Source: Pseudomonadota bacterium
GTDB taxonomy: Bacteria > Pseudomonadota > Gammaproteobacteria > Pseudomonadales > Pseudohongiellaceae
Length of the DNA stretch: 64,000 nt
Assembly (NCBI GenBank): GCA_040386995.1
Contig: JAZKES010000036.1
Span: 18,809 to 82,808, forward strand
Direction: 5' to 3'
The stretch's first letter is position 1, and each line of letters starts with the position of its first letter. Below the pieces are notes generated by a model. The model searched no databases and had not been told where the DNA came from. It saw only the letters and a list, made by a program, of their open reading frames with translations. The translations under genes and the position numbers were made by a program. Shown here in pieces: positions 1 to 8,947 of the stretch.

Positions 1-717
1 GCGCAACGTTACGCGCGTGTTTTCGAGCTGGGGCAACACACCGCTGACGAGGTTAGTCAGAATTTCGCCGACCCCAAACAGCCCCATCGCAAGCGCTACA
101 AGACTGATGCCGTCCGCGAGTGCGGGAATATCAAACGTGTAACGGAACTGACCGGAATTGATGTCCGTACCAACAAGGCCCAGGATCAGTCCGAGCACTA
201 CCATACACAGTCCTTTCAGCGGCGAACCCACCGCCAGTGTGGACGCGGTAACAAGCGCGAGCAGCATTATCGAAAAATAATCAGCCGCCGAAAAACTCAC
301 TGCAACGTCGGCTAACACCGGTGCAAAGAAAATCATCAACACTATCGCGAATGAGCCGCCAATAAACGACGCAATGGTTGTCACAAACAGTGCCACACCT
401 GCCCTGCCTTGACGTGTCATTTGATAACCATCGAGACAGGTGACGGCGGATGGCGCACTACCAGCCACGTTCAACAGGATGGAAGTAATCGAGCTGCCGT
501 ACTGCCCACCATAAAAAATGCCCGCGAGCATGATGAGCCCCAGCAGTGGATCAAGATGAAAGGTCAATGGCAGGCACAGCGAGATAGTGGTAAGTGCGCC
601 AATGCCAGGCAACACCCCAACAAACGTGCCGAGGGTTACACCGAACAGGCAGATCAACAAAGCTTCCGGCGTCAGCGCCTGTTGAAACCCCATGCCAAGA
701 TTGATTAATGCGTCCAT
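1..717 (-). CDS. tctA: Tripartite tricarboxylate transporter large permease TctA, N-terminal part; the gene continues past the window start
   Basis: The minus-strand frame is open to position 1. It starts at ATG 715-717, 1 nt after the tctB stop. My translation reads MDALINLGMGFQQALTPEALLICLFGVTLGTFVGVLPGIGALTTISL..., which is typical of a TctA N-terminus. It is absent from the ORF track because it is truncated by the window edge. Confidence 0.75.
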   Translation of the reverse strand, partial: MDALINLGMGFQQALTPEALLICLFGVTLGTFVGVLPGIGALTTISLCLPLTFHLDPLLGLIMLAGIFYGGQYGSSITSILLNVAGSAPSAVTCLDGYQMTRQGRAGVALFVTTIASFIGGSFAIVLMIFFAPVLADVAVSFSAADYFSIMLLALVTASTLAVGSPLKGLCMVVLGLILGLVGTDINSGQFRYTFDIPALADGISLVALAMGLFGVGEILTNLVSGVLPQLENTRVTLR

Positions 718-718
718 T

Positions 719-1162
719 TCAGGATCCAAACGCGGGCACAGGAACACCCAGCAAAGTTACAAATACAATGTATGACGCAAGCGTCATGCCCAGGGCAAGT
801 ATCACAGGCGTGCGCCAGCCCTGCTGCGGCAGCGCGAACGAGCTGAATAACAGCTGCACGATACTTGCCGGAAAAAAACCGAATGTATCAATCAACAATG
901 CCCAGGCAAGAATGCCGCCGCCAACCCACAACACTGGACGCAACGGGAAGCTGAGCTCATTTTCCGGGGCTATGCGCAGCTCGCCAGTTGCGAGAACTAA
1001 TGACAGCAACATAATGCAGACACCCAATGCGACGGGCATAAAACCCGGCCCCATCGCGGTAAGCGAGCCAATCTTGTAGCCGCTACCGACGACAATAACG
1101 CTCACGCTAATGAGAAAAAGGAATGCAGCAGGTAATAGTTGCAGGAGCTTAGTGCGAAGCAA
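719..1162 (-). CDS. tctB: Tripartite tricarboxylate transporter small membrane subunit TctB
   Basis: A 147-aa protein with four hydrophobic segments lies immediately upstream of tctA and is coupled to it. Size and topology fit TctB. Confidence 0.65.
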   Translation of the reverse strand: MLRTKLLQLLPAAFLFLISVSVIVVGSGYKIGSLTAMGPGFMPVALGVCIMLLSLVLATGELRIAPENELSFPLRPVLWVGGGILAWALLIDTFGFFPASIVQLLFSSFALPQQGWRTPVILALGMTLASYIVFVTLLGVPVPAFGS

Positions 1163-1229
1163 GCAAGTGTTCCTTGAAGATTGGATTAAAACCGGAAAAG
1201 CGGAAGAAACTATTGATGCTTGTGACGCG

Positions 1230-1328
1230 GATGTCCCGTATCACCTTAATGACTCTCATCACGTTGATGGCTCTTATCACGGTGATGATTCTCATCACGT
1301 TCATCACGTTGATGACTCTTATAGCACT
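1230..1328. repeat. Imperfect 18-bp tandem repeat, about 5.5 units, consensus GATGAYTCTCATCACGTT
   Basis: Units read directly: 1230-1247 GATGTCCCGTATCACCTT, 1248-1265 AATGACTCTCATCACGTT, 1266-1283 GATGGCTCTTATCACGGT, 1284-1301 GATGATTCTCATCACGTT, 1302-1310 CATCACGTT (half unit), 1311-1328 GATGACTCTTATAGCACT. The array is open in two plus frames (His-rich DSHHV and hydrophobic ITLMTL) and one minus frame. Confidence 0.85.
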
Positions 1329-1953
1329 AACAGATGCGCAGGTGGGCGTTGCCTGTCGGGCGCATATGGTTTCAGAGAGAGCTAGTTCAACATCCGTAGT
1401 ACTACCTTCGGGCCATCGCCGATCAGGCGCAATGTGCAATGCGCCGCATATTACCTCGCGACAGGTAAAGGCAATGGCTGGACGCAGCATGATGTCTGGA
1501 TTGAAGTTAAGCAAAGATAAACAACGTGAAAACCGGACACCACTAGGTCTGACTAGTAACGTCGGCAATCGAACGACTCCTGGGTGCTGATCTATCAGCT
1601 ATTAATTGTTTTTTGTAATACTTGTGGTGGCGTGAGTATAAGTGCAGCCAGCTAAGTTAGGAAGCGGTGCCTGACATTTCTACCTTTATCCGAACGCTGG
1701 CCCGCGAAAGATTTTTCGCGTACTTCCGTTCTTCATTAATTGGCGCACTGCTCGGTTCGGTTGGACCAAAAATGTGGCTGACAGACTTCCTCTTCAAATT
1801 AGTAATCGCCTGAATATATTGAGGAAATTCTGTGCAAGGGGTGGTTCGCATTCGACAAACCTGATACAAACGATTCTTATTTGATACTTGTGACAGCCCC
1901 GGCCTAACCACAAGGATGAGAACGGATTTCTACATAGCCAGGAGTACCCTATC

Positions 1954-3516
1954 GTGCATACCACTGATTCTTCGCATAATAAAATTGACGCGCTCGACCC
2001 CGTTCCGCGTTCTTCCTGGACTCCTTCCTTCCGCGACGTATGGCGATATGACCTTGCAGCCTCCGTGGTTGTATTTCTCGTTGCGTTACCTTTATGCCTC
2101 GGGATTGCTTTGGCTTCCGGTGCGCCACTGCTTGCGGGCGTGGTGACAGGTGTTATCGGTGGAATAGTGGTTGGCGTCGCTTCTGGTTCGCATCTCATGG
2201 TGAGTGGTCCAGCGGCGGGACTTACCGCGATTGTCCTGAGCGCAATCACGACGCTTGGCGGCTTCGAATTTTTCCTCACTGCAGTTGTGCTTGCAGGACT
2301 TATGCAGATGGCTCTTGGCGTGTTACGCGCCGGTGTGATTGGTTATTATTTTCCGAACTCCGTTATCCGCGGCATGCTTGCGGGCATCGGTTTGATCATC
2401 ATTATTCGCCAGCTGCCCTACGCGATCGGAGCTGATGCATTTACTGCTGAACACGGCATTCTGGCGGCGATCAATGACCCTCATCATGGCGCGATTGGCC
2501 TGAGTGTGTTGGCACTTGCAATCCTGCTTTTGTGGGACATGCCATTCATGAAACATTTCAAGATCATACCTGGCGCACTTGTTGCAGTGCTTGCGTGTAC
2601 CGCAATCAACATGGGGCTGCACCCTGAACTGGCGGTTGATGGTGCACAGCTTGTAGCGTTGCCGGTAATCAGCTCGATTGCGGCCTTTGATGAAGCGATG
2701 GCTTCTCCGATATTCAGCGCTCTGAGCAGTGCTGCGGTATGGACCACCGCGATCACAATCGCGATTATCGCGTCGCTCGAAACACTTCTGAGCCTGGAAG
2801 CTACCGACCGCATGGATCCACTGAAACGTGAAGCGCCGGCCAATCGCGAATTACTCGCCCAGGGCTTTGGCAATACTTTGTGTGGCCTCTTTGGTGGTTT
2901 GCCGATGACCGGCGTAATCGTGCGCAGCTCGGCTAACGTTTATGCCGGTGCACGTACAAAGGCTTCAGCGATATTTCACGGTATCCTGCTACTCATCGCT
3001 GTATTGAGCATTCCCCTGCTGCTCAATTTTATTCCGCTTGCCGTACTTGCCGTAATCCTGATCCACACAGGCTGGAAACTCGCAAATCCCAAACAATTGC
3101 AAATTTTCCTGAAACAGGGCTTCCATCAATGGCTGCCGTTCATCGTCACAATAGTCGCAATTCTGCTAAGTGATTTGTTGATTGGAATTTCCATCGGCTT
3201 GGCCGTCAGTCTGTTTTTCATTCTTCAGGAACACCTGCGCGCGCCGTGTTTCGTTATTGAGCAGGAAGATGAAATAACAACCAAAATCCGCCTGAACGAA
3301 CACCTCACGTTTTTACACAAAGCGAGCCTCAGTTCAGCACTGCAGGAATTCACACCAGGCAGCCGCATAGTGATTGATGGTTCCAGATGTAAACGCATCG
3401 ACCATGATGTGCTCGATGTACTGCGAGAATTTAAAGAGTCTGCCACGAATCGCTTACTGAATATCGACATCAAAGGTATCGACCTGACAGCGTCCTCACT
3501 CGGCACAGGACATTAA
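1954..3516 (+). CDS. SulP-family inorganic anion (sulfate/bicarbonate-type) transporter with C-terminal STAS-like domain
   Basis: A 520-aa polytopic membrane protein. The N-terminus WRYDLAASVVVFLVALPLCLGIALASGAP is typical of SulP, and there is a soluble C-terminal domain of about 90 aa. GTG start at 1954 is preceded by AGGAG at 1940-1944. Confidence 0.8.
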   Translation: MHTTDSSHNKIDALDPVPRSSWTPSFRDVWRYDLAASVVVFLVALPLCLGIALASGAPLLAGVVTGVIGGIVVGVASGSHLMVSGPAAGLTAIVLSAITTLGGFEFFLTAVVLAGLMQMALGVLRAGVIGYYFPNSVIRGMLAGIGLIIIIRQLPYAIGADAFTAEHGILAAINDPHHGAIGLSVLALAILLLWDMPFMKHFKIIPGALVAVLACTAINMGLHPELAVDGAQLVALPVISSIAAFDEAMASPIFSALSSAAVWTTAITIAIIASLETLLSLEATDRMDPLKREAPANRELLAQGFGNTLCGLFGGLPMTGVIVRSSANVYAGARTKASAIFHGILLLIAVLSIPLLLNFIPLAVLAVILIHTGWKLANPKQLQIFLKQGFHQWLPFIVTIVAILLSDLLIGISIGLAVSLFFILQEHLRAPCFVIEQEDEITTKIRLNEHLTFLHKASLSSALQEFTPGSRIVIDGSRCKRIDHDVLDVLREFKESATNRLLNIDIKGIDLTASSLGTGH

Positions 3517-3517
3517 A

Positions 3518-6424
3518 ATGAAGCCGGGGCACAGCACTGAAACCGATGTGCTGGAGCACGCACTACAAACAGCTCGTCATATTTTGCCAGACCAGGGACC
3601 GATCGGTGTTTTCATCCACCACAACACCCTGCATTCATTCCAGCATCTGCGCTTTCACGATGCTGTGCAGGAAGCGGCAAGTCTGACGGGCGCCCGACCT
3701 TATCTCGACCTTCATGAATTCCGCGCTGCATTTCACGCGGGCAGAATAGAAGAAGCTGACCTCGCTGCAGCCATACGTTCCCATCTCGGCGAAAGTGGGG
3801 ATGAAGCAATTTTGGCAACTCTTTCGCGTTTTCAGCTCTGGCACCATCTGATGCTGGAAGAAACCGCAATGACCAATACGGTCGAGCTGGACTGGCAGTT
3901 TCGTTCAGCAAGTCCGGCCGAGCGCAAACTCATTCAGGCGGCACACAAACGCGCCGATGACTTGCCTGCCGCACCGTATGAGAAGCCCCATTACAATCGA
4001 CACGCCGAAGTGCTGCGTGTCCTCAACGCGGCCGACAGTGATGTTGTTGTGCACGATGAACTGATCCGGTGGTGCGCGGCCTTCCTCGATCAAGGCCAGG
4101 CGCTGACCCCTATGCCGGGGCGCGACCTGGGATTTCTACAGGCAGTAGCCCGGATGTATGCAAAGGGCGCCGGTTCACCACGGGGATGTCCCGGAGTAGC
4201 CGAAGATTTTCAGTCAATAGCACGTAACCACACTCCTCCCCACACCGTAATCCGCGAATGCCTGCACGACCTCGGCATCGAAGAACAGCAACTCACTTCC
4301 TTTATAAGCGCCACTGCTGCAGCCCTGAATGGCTGGGCAGGAATGTTCGCGCGGCTGGAACATCACGAAGCTGAGAACCATGCACATACACCGGCCACGT
4401 TGGCAGAGTTCATGGCGGTCAGGCTTGTGCTGGAACGGCGTGCACTTGGCCACATTTGCAGTCAGGCCAGGTTGCCCTTGCAATGGCCAGCATTGCTCGC
4501 ACAGGTACCCGACATGAGCGTCTGCCAGCGCAGCGGCAACGCACTTATCCTTTACAAGATTGCGCAAGGCGCAGGCCTGGATGCTGCAGGCCTCGAAGCA
4601 ATTGATGAAACGCAGCTCAATACTCTGTGGCAAGCAGTAGCAACGTGTACTCCACTCAAGCGCCGTGAACTGTGGATGGATGCATACGAAAGCTGGTACT
4701 ACCGCCAGATTCTGAACGGCATAGCCGCACTGCGCCCGAAACGTCTTATACCCGACACTCAGCAACGACCCGCCGCACAATATATGTTCTGCATGGATGA
4801 ACGCGAAGAATCAATTCGCCGCGCCGTAGAAGAACACGGTCCTGACTATCAGACTTTTGGACTGGCTGGTTTTTTTGGCGTAGCAATCGACTATCAGGGT
4901 TTGTACGACCACAAGCCTGCAGCCTATTGTCCAGTCGTGGTGACGCCTGCGCATGAAGTACACGAAACACCGCTATACACCCATCGTGACTGGCACGAAC
5001 TGCGCAATTCTCTGCGCAATGTGTGGCGGTATGCACGACGTCGCACACATTTCGAATCACGCACGCTAAGCGGCGGCGCGGGCCTGTCTTTGTTGCTCGG
5101 ACCGGTTTACGCAGTTATGGCAGCAATCCGCATTTTGCTGCCACGCGGATCAGTCACTACCCATGAACGTGTAACCGAACGAGTGTCGCCAAAACCCGCT
5201 ACCCGTTTGCTTGCCGTGCGCGATACCAATTCCACCATTCGTACTGAACGCGGCAAGTTGCTGGGCTTCACACTTGAGGAAGCGACGGAACGTGTTACCA
5301 ACGTGCTGCGCAGCATTGGCCTGGTCGAAAACTTCGCCCCGATCGTAATCGCGTTGGGGCACGGTTCCACGAGTCTCAACAATCCGCATGAATCTGCCCA
5401 TGACTGCGGAGCTTGTGGCGGTAGACGCGGCGGTGCCAACGCACGTTTGTTTGCGGGGCTCGCGAACGAACCGGAAGTCAGAATCGCGCTGCGCTCAAAA
5501 GGCATCACAATTCCCGCTGATACCTGGTTTATCGGTGGTTTGCACGACACCGCTGATGACAACATTTCCTATTCTGATCTCGCAGATTTGCCTCACGCAT
5601 TGGTCGATGCGTTTGAACAAGCCGACCACGTGCTCGATCTTTCCCGTCGCATGAGTGCTGCTGAACGTTGCCGCCGCTTTCACAATGCAAGCCTGCCCAT
5701 CACACCTGACGCAGGGTTACACCATGTCGAAACCCGAGCGCGCCAGCTTGCGCAACCACGTCCTGAATACGGTCATTGCACAAATGCAGTAGCAGTCGTT
5801 GGCCGGCGTTCGCTTACGCGCGGCTTACACCTGGATCGCCGTGCATTCCTGATCAGTTACGATCCGACTATCGATCCCGAACACCAGTTGCTCGAACGTA
5901 TTCTGGCGGCAGCCGGCCCCGTCGGCGCCGGTATCAGCCTCGAATATTATTTCTCTGCTGTCGATAACGAACGCTACGGCTGCGGCACTAAACTCCCGCA
6001 TAACGTCATTGGATTGCTTGGCATCATGAATGGTCACAAGAGTGATCTTCGTACCGGTTTACCGTTGCAGATGGTCGAGCTGCATGAACCGATGAGGCTC
6101 TTGATCATCGCCGAATCCACTCCAGAAGCATTGCTGGGTATTGCAGGGCGGCAGGCGGAAGTGCGTGAGCTTGTGGTCAACCGCTGGGTACAACTGGCGT
6201 GTGTGGATCCTGACACAGGCGCGATGTATATGTTCACGGACAAGGGTTTTGTGCCTTACGTTCCGGATAAACTCGATATTCCGCTGTTCGATAATTCAGC
6301 GGCCAGACATGGCCTGCATCGTCAGCATTTAACTCCCGCCTTGGTCGCCGCAGCCCTTCGTCGCAGCGCGCCCCACGCTGAGCAAACCGTACACAGCATG
6401 GAGCATCGGCCGCGTTATGCCTGA
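3518..6424 (+). CDS. dabA: DabA / DUF2309 (YbcC, MpsB-like) inorganic-carbon pump subunit
   Basis: 968 aa. N-terminal GPIGVFIHHNTLHSF, the FCMDEREE motif (Cys425, Asp427) and GHGSTSLNNPHESAHDCGACGG (His615, Cys630) are hallmarks of DUF2309/DabA. Its ATG lies 1 nt after the SulP stop. Confidence 0.85.
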   Translation: MKPGHSTETDVLEHALQTARHILPDQGPIGVFIHHNTLHSFQHLRFHDAVQEAASLTGARPYLDLHEFRAAFHAGRIEEADLAAAIRSHLGESGDEAILATLSRFQLWHHLMLEETAMTNTVELDWQFRSASPAERKLIQAAHKRADDLPAAPYEKPHYNRHAEVLRVLNAADSDVVVHDELIRWCAAFLDQGQALTPMPGRDLGFLQAVARMYAKGAGSPRGCPGVAEDFQSIARNHTPPHTVIRECLHDLGIEEQQLTSFISATAAALNGWAGMFARLEHHEAENHAHTPATLAEFMAVRLVLERRALGHICSQARLPLQWPALLAQVPDMSVCQRSGNALILYKIAQGAGLDAAGLEAIDETQLNTLWQAVATCTPLKRRELWMDAYESWYYRQILNGIAALRPKRLIPDTQQRPAAQYMFCMDEREESIRRAVEEHGPDYQTFGLAGFFGVAIDYQGLYDHKPAAYCPVVVTPAHEVHETPLYTHRDWHELRNSLRNVWRYARRRTHFESRTLSGGAGLSLLLGPVYAVMAAIRILLPRGSVTTHERVTERVSPKPATRLLAVRDTNSTIRTERGKLLGFTLEEATERVTNVLRSIGLVENFAPIVIALGHGSTSLNNPHESAHDCGACGGRRGGANARLFAGLANEPEVRIALRSKGITIPADTWFIGGLHDTADDNISYSDLADLPHALVDAFEQADHVLDLSRRMSAAERCRRFHNASLPITPDAGLHHVETRARQLAQPRPEYGHCTNAVAVVGRRSLTRGLHLDRRAFLISYDPTIDPEHQLLERILAAAGPVGAGISLEYYFSAVDNERYGCGTKLPHNVIGLLGIMNGHKSDLRTGLPLQMVELHEPMRLLIIAESTPEALLGIAGRQAEVRELVVNRWVQLACVDPDTGAMYMFTDKGFVPYVPDKLDIPLFDNSAARHGLHRQHLTPALVAAALRRSAPHAEQTVHSMEHRPRYA

Positions 6425-7715
6425 TATTTTGCAATGGGGACTGATATTAAGTATTGCAGCCCCGCTCACATGTTCCCTGATCATCGGTTTATCGATCCTT
6501 GTCCGCCGTGAATGGCTCTCTGAAAACGCAATTTACAAGCTGTGTAACACTGGGCTTTTGTTGGCATTTTCGGGAAGCCTGATCGTGTTGTTTTCGCACG
6601 GTTTCAACAATACTGCGATCGAAGTGGATGCTGGTCACTGGATCAGTATCGGGGATTACGAAATTCCAGCCTTGCTCTACGTTGATAGCCTTGCGCTGGC
6701 GTTTTCCCTACTGGGTTCTGCGTTGACTTTACTCGTTGCGCGTTTCTCGCAAACGTATTTGCATAAAGAAGCGGGCTTTGCGCGCTTTTTTCTGTTGTTG
6801 GGCGTATTTGCAACTGGCACCCAGCTCATCGCGTTTGCTGGCGCACTTGACCTGTTTTTTGCGGGCTGGGAAGCGATCGGTATTTGTTCTGCACTCTTCA
6901 TCGGCTACTTCTACGAACGCGAAGAACCCGTGCGTTCTGCAATCCGCGCATTTACCACTTACCGAATTTGCGATGCAGGTTTTCTGGTTGCTATCGTGAG
7001 CATTCATGAGCTGCTCGGATCCACCAGCATTTCAGGCTTGATGGCGGCCGAAAATCTCGGCGGAGTAACTGTCACCCTGATTGCAGTCATGCTAATGATC
7101 GCAGCGTTTGGTAAATCCGCGCAGCTGCCATTTTCGTCCTGGCTGCCGCGTGCGATGGAAGGGCCTACACCGTCGAGTGCGTTGTTCTATGGCTCGGTTT
7201 CAATACATGTCGGCCTTTTTCTGCTGTTGCGTATCTCGCCCATTCTCGAAGCGGCCCCGGTTGCACAGGCACTCGGTATAGTCGTGGGACTTTCAACCGC
7301 ATTTTACGCGGCAGCCATTGCGCGCACTCACACGGATGCCAAAGGCGCTTTGGCGCATGCCACACTTGCGCAAACTGGTTTGATACTCGCAGAAATTTCC
7401 CTGGGTTTTACGACGTTTGCACTTATACATCTCGTTTGCCATGCGCTGTTGCGCGTGTGGCAATATCTACGTGCTCCCAACACTATGGCGGATGCCCATG
7501 AATTTGGCCATGAACCGCATCACGCACCGAGCCTGCTCGCAAAAATATTCCCACTGACGTCCAACTGGTTGTACGCGCAGGCACTGCATCGCTTCCGGCT
7601 GGACGACCGCATGGACAGTGCAGTGGCTCCTTTCTTATGGTTGGCGGAAAGCCTGGCGCGCTGGGACGAACAATTACGCCGTAGCTTAAGCCGGCGCCAG
7701 GATAATAATTCATGA
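6417..7715 (+). CDS. dabB: NuoL/MrpA-like proton-conducting membrane subunit (DabB-like)
   Basis: 432 aa. GKSAQLPFSSWLPRAMEGPTPSSALFYGS is the canonical antiporter-like (Proton_antipo_M) motif, with Lys at 7113-7115. A later segment reads AHATLAQTG. It overlaps the dabA stop by 8 nt (ATGCCTGA). Confidence 0.8.
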   Translation: MPDILQWGLILSIAAPLTCSLIIGLSILVRREWLSENAIYKLCNTGLLLAFSGSLIVLFSHGFNNTAIEVDAGHWISIGDYEIPALLYVDSLALAFSLLGSALTLLVARFSQTYLHKEAGFARFFLLLGVFATGTQLIAFAGALDLFFAGWEAIGICSALFIGYFYEREEPVRSAIRAFTTYRICDAGFLVAIVSIHELLGSTSISGLMAAENLGGVTVTLIAVMLMIAAFGKSAQLPFSSWLPRAMEGPTPSSALFYGSVSIHVGLFLLLRISPILEAAPVAQALGIVVGLSTAFYAAAIARTHTDAKGALAHATLAQTGLILAEISLGFTTFALIHLVCHALLRVWQYLRAPNTMADAHEFGHEPHHAPSLLAKIFPLTSNWLYAQALHRFRLDDRMDSAVAPFLWLAESLARWDEQLRRSLSRRQDNNS

Positions 7716-8827
7716 CTGGACACACCGGTTTTATTCTTTCGTTCGTTGCTTTCGCGGCTGTATTGCTCGGCGCTCCATTACTTGCCACAAACACGCGTGA
7801 GCGTTCGGCGTGGATCTCCGCTGTCTGTGTCCTGGGCATCCTGACCTTTGCACTGATTACCAGCAGCGGCGTGTTCGCATATCTGGCACTGGCACTTGTT
7901 ACCGCGATGCACGCTGCGTCCGCATGGCACAGAGCACCTACTGGAGCGCTTTATCTGGTTGCGGCTTCAGTGACGCTAATTGCCGCCGCAGCCGCCATTG
8001 CATTCGACTCGGATAACCTGGCATTCGGACTTTCGTGCGTGGCACTGGCGTTGCGCGCAGGTCTTGCACCGTTTCATGCCGGCGTGGCAGAGATGTGTAT
8101 GAAACAACGTGAGCTGCAGCTACAGCAAAGCAGCTCGCTACTGATCCTGGTCCTCGCGCATCTTTATTACATCGATCATTTGCCAATTGCCTATGAAATG
8201 GCGCCCTTCCTCGTGATCTGGGGTGCAGTGCTGACCTTGTTGTATGCACTGACTGCACTTGCGCAGCGTGAACTCGGCGGCCTGCTGCGCTCTTCCACTC
8301 TCATGCATGCGGGTATGTTGTATGCGGCCGTTGGTGCCGGTGCACGCGGCCACTACGGCGCAGCGCTACTCGTAACCGTTACACTCGTGTTCGCGCTGGG
8401 TGGGCTGTCCTTGACCATTTCGGCGCTGGAAGCACGCCTTGGCAAAATCTCTCTGCTGGGTCCTGCAGTGGGTCGCGCACGTGCATTTCCGCGTCTCGCA
8501 GCGGCCTTTGCTTTTTTTGGTGCTGCAGGAGTTGGCATGCCGGGTACCGCAGGTTTTATTGCTGATGACGTGTTGTTGCATGCGCTGTGGGAGGAAAGTC
8601 CTGCCGGTGCAGTGATCATTATTTTTGGCAGTGCGATTCTGGCTGTCGCAACACTCAGCGTACTGGCCAAAACTTTCTTCGGTCCCGCATTACGCGTCCA
8701 TACACCAGATCTGCTGATGCAGGAACGCAGCGTTGTTGTTGCGCTCGTCCTGCTTCTCCTTGGGCTTGGCTTGGTCCCTCAGTTACTCGTAGGTGTAGCC
8801 GAACTCGTGCTCGGCAATACAATCTAG
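7712..8827 (+). CDS. Second antiporter-like (NuoM/NuoN/MrpD-like) membrane subunit, degenerate
   Basis: A 371-aa polytopic protein. LRAGLAPFHAGVAEM aligns by eye with the K..G..PFH.W.P.. motif, SSTLMHAGML with the AYSS..H.G segment, and MPGTAGFIADDV with the TM12 lPgt.GF motif. There is a 4-nt ATGA overlap with the preceding gene. Confidence 0.6.
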   Translation: MTGHTGFILSFVAFAAVLLGAPLLATNTRERSAWISAVCVLGILTFALITSSGVFAYLALALVTAMHAASAWHRAPTGALYLVAASVTLIAAAAAIAFDSDNLAFGLSCVALALRAGLAPFHAGVAEMCMKQRELQLQQSSSLLILVLAHLYYIDHLPIAYEMAPFLVIWGAVLTLLYALTALAQRELGGLLRSSTLMHAGMLYAAVGAGARGHYGAALLVTVTLVFALGGLSLTISALEARLGKISLLGPAVGRARAFPRLAAAFAFFGAAGVGMPGTAGFIADDVLLHALWEESPAGAVIIIFGSAILAVATLSVLAKTFFGPALRVHTPDLLMQERSVVVALVLLLLGLGLVPQLLVGVAELVLGNTI

Positions 8828-8947
8828 ATAGAATTTTCCACGGTGCAGCTCGGTAAATCGGTATGGGGCTAATTTCCACTCAGCCGATTGTTGTTCCTCA
8901 AACCAGTATTACAATCAGCGATAAAAAACCGGCATCGAGGTATCGTT

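Noticed and set aside
1110-1590. ORFs 1110-1385 (His-rich) and 1174-1590 (hydrophobic repeat) as real protein-coding genes
   Set aside because: Both are generated by the same 18-bp repeat in different frames. One overlaps the tctB start antisense. The starts are TTG or unsupported, and I recognise no family. I report the repeat as a feature and finding instead.
6417-6424. An identical 8-nt overlap sequence ATGCCTGA occurs at two gene junctions (6417-6424 and 24548-24555)
   Set aside because: The flanking sequence differs. An ATG-N2-TGA overlap of this kind is expected to recur by chance, so it is not evidence of a shared element.
6417-8827. The two antiporter-like ORFs might be one frameshifted nuoL-like pseudogene
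   Set aside because: The junction is a clean ATGA start/stop overlap. The combined length (803 aa) exceeds NuoL/DabB sizes. Each ORF carries its own copy of the PFH-type, H.G-type and GF-type landmark segments, so they are two modules rather than halves of one.
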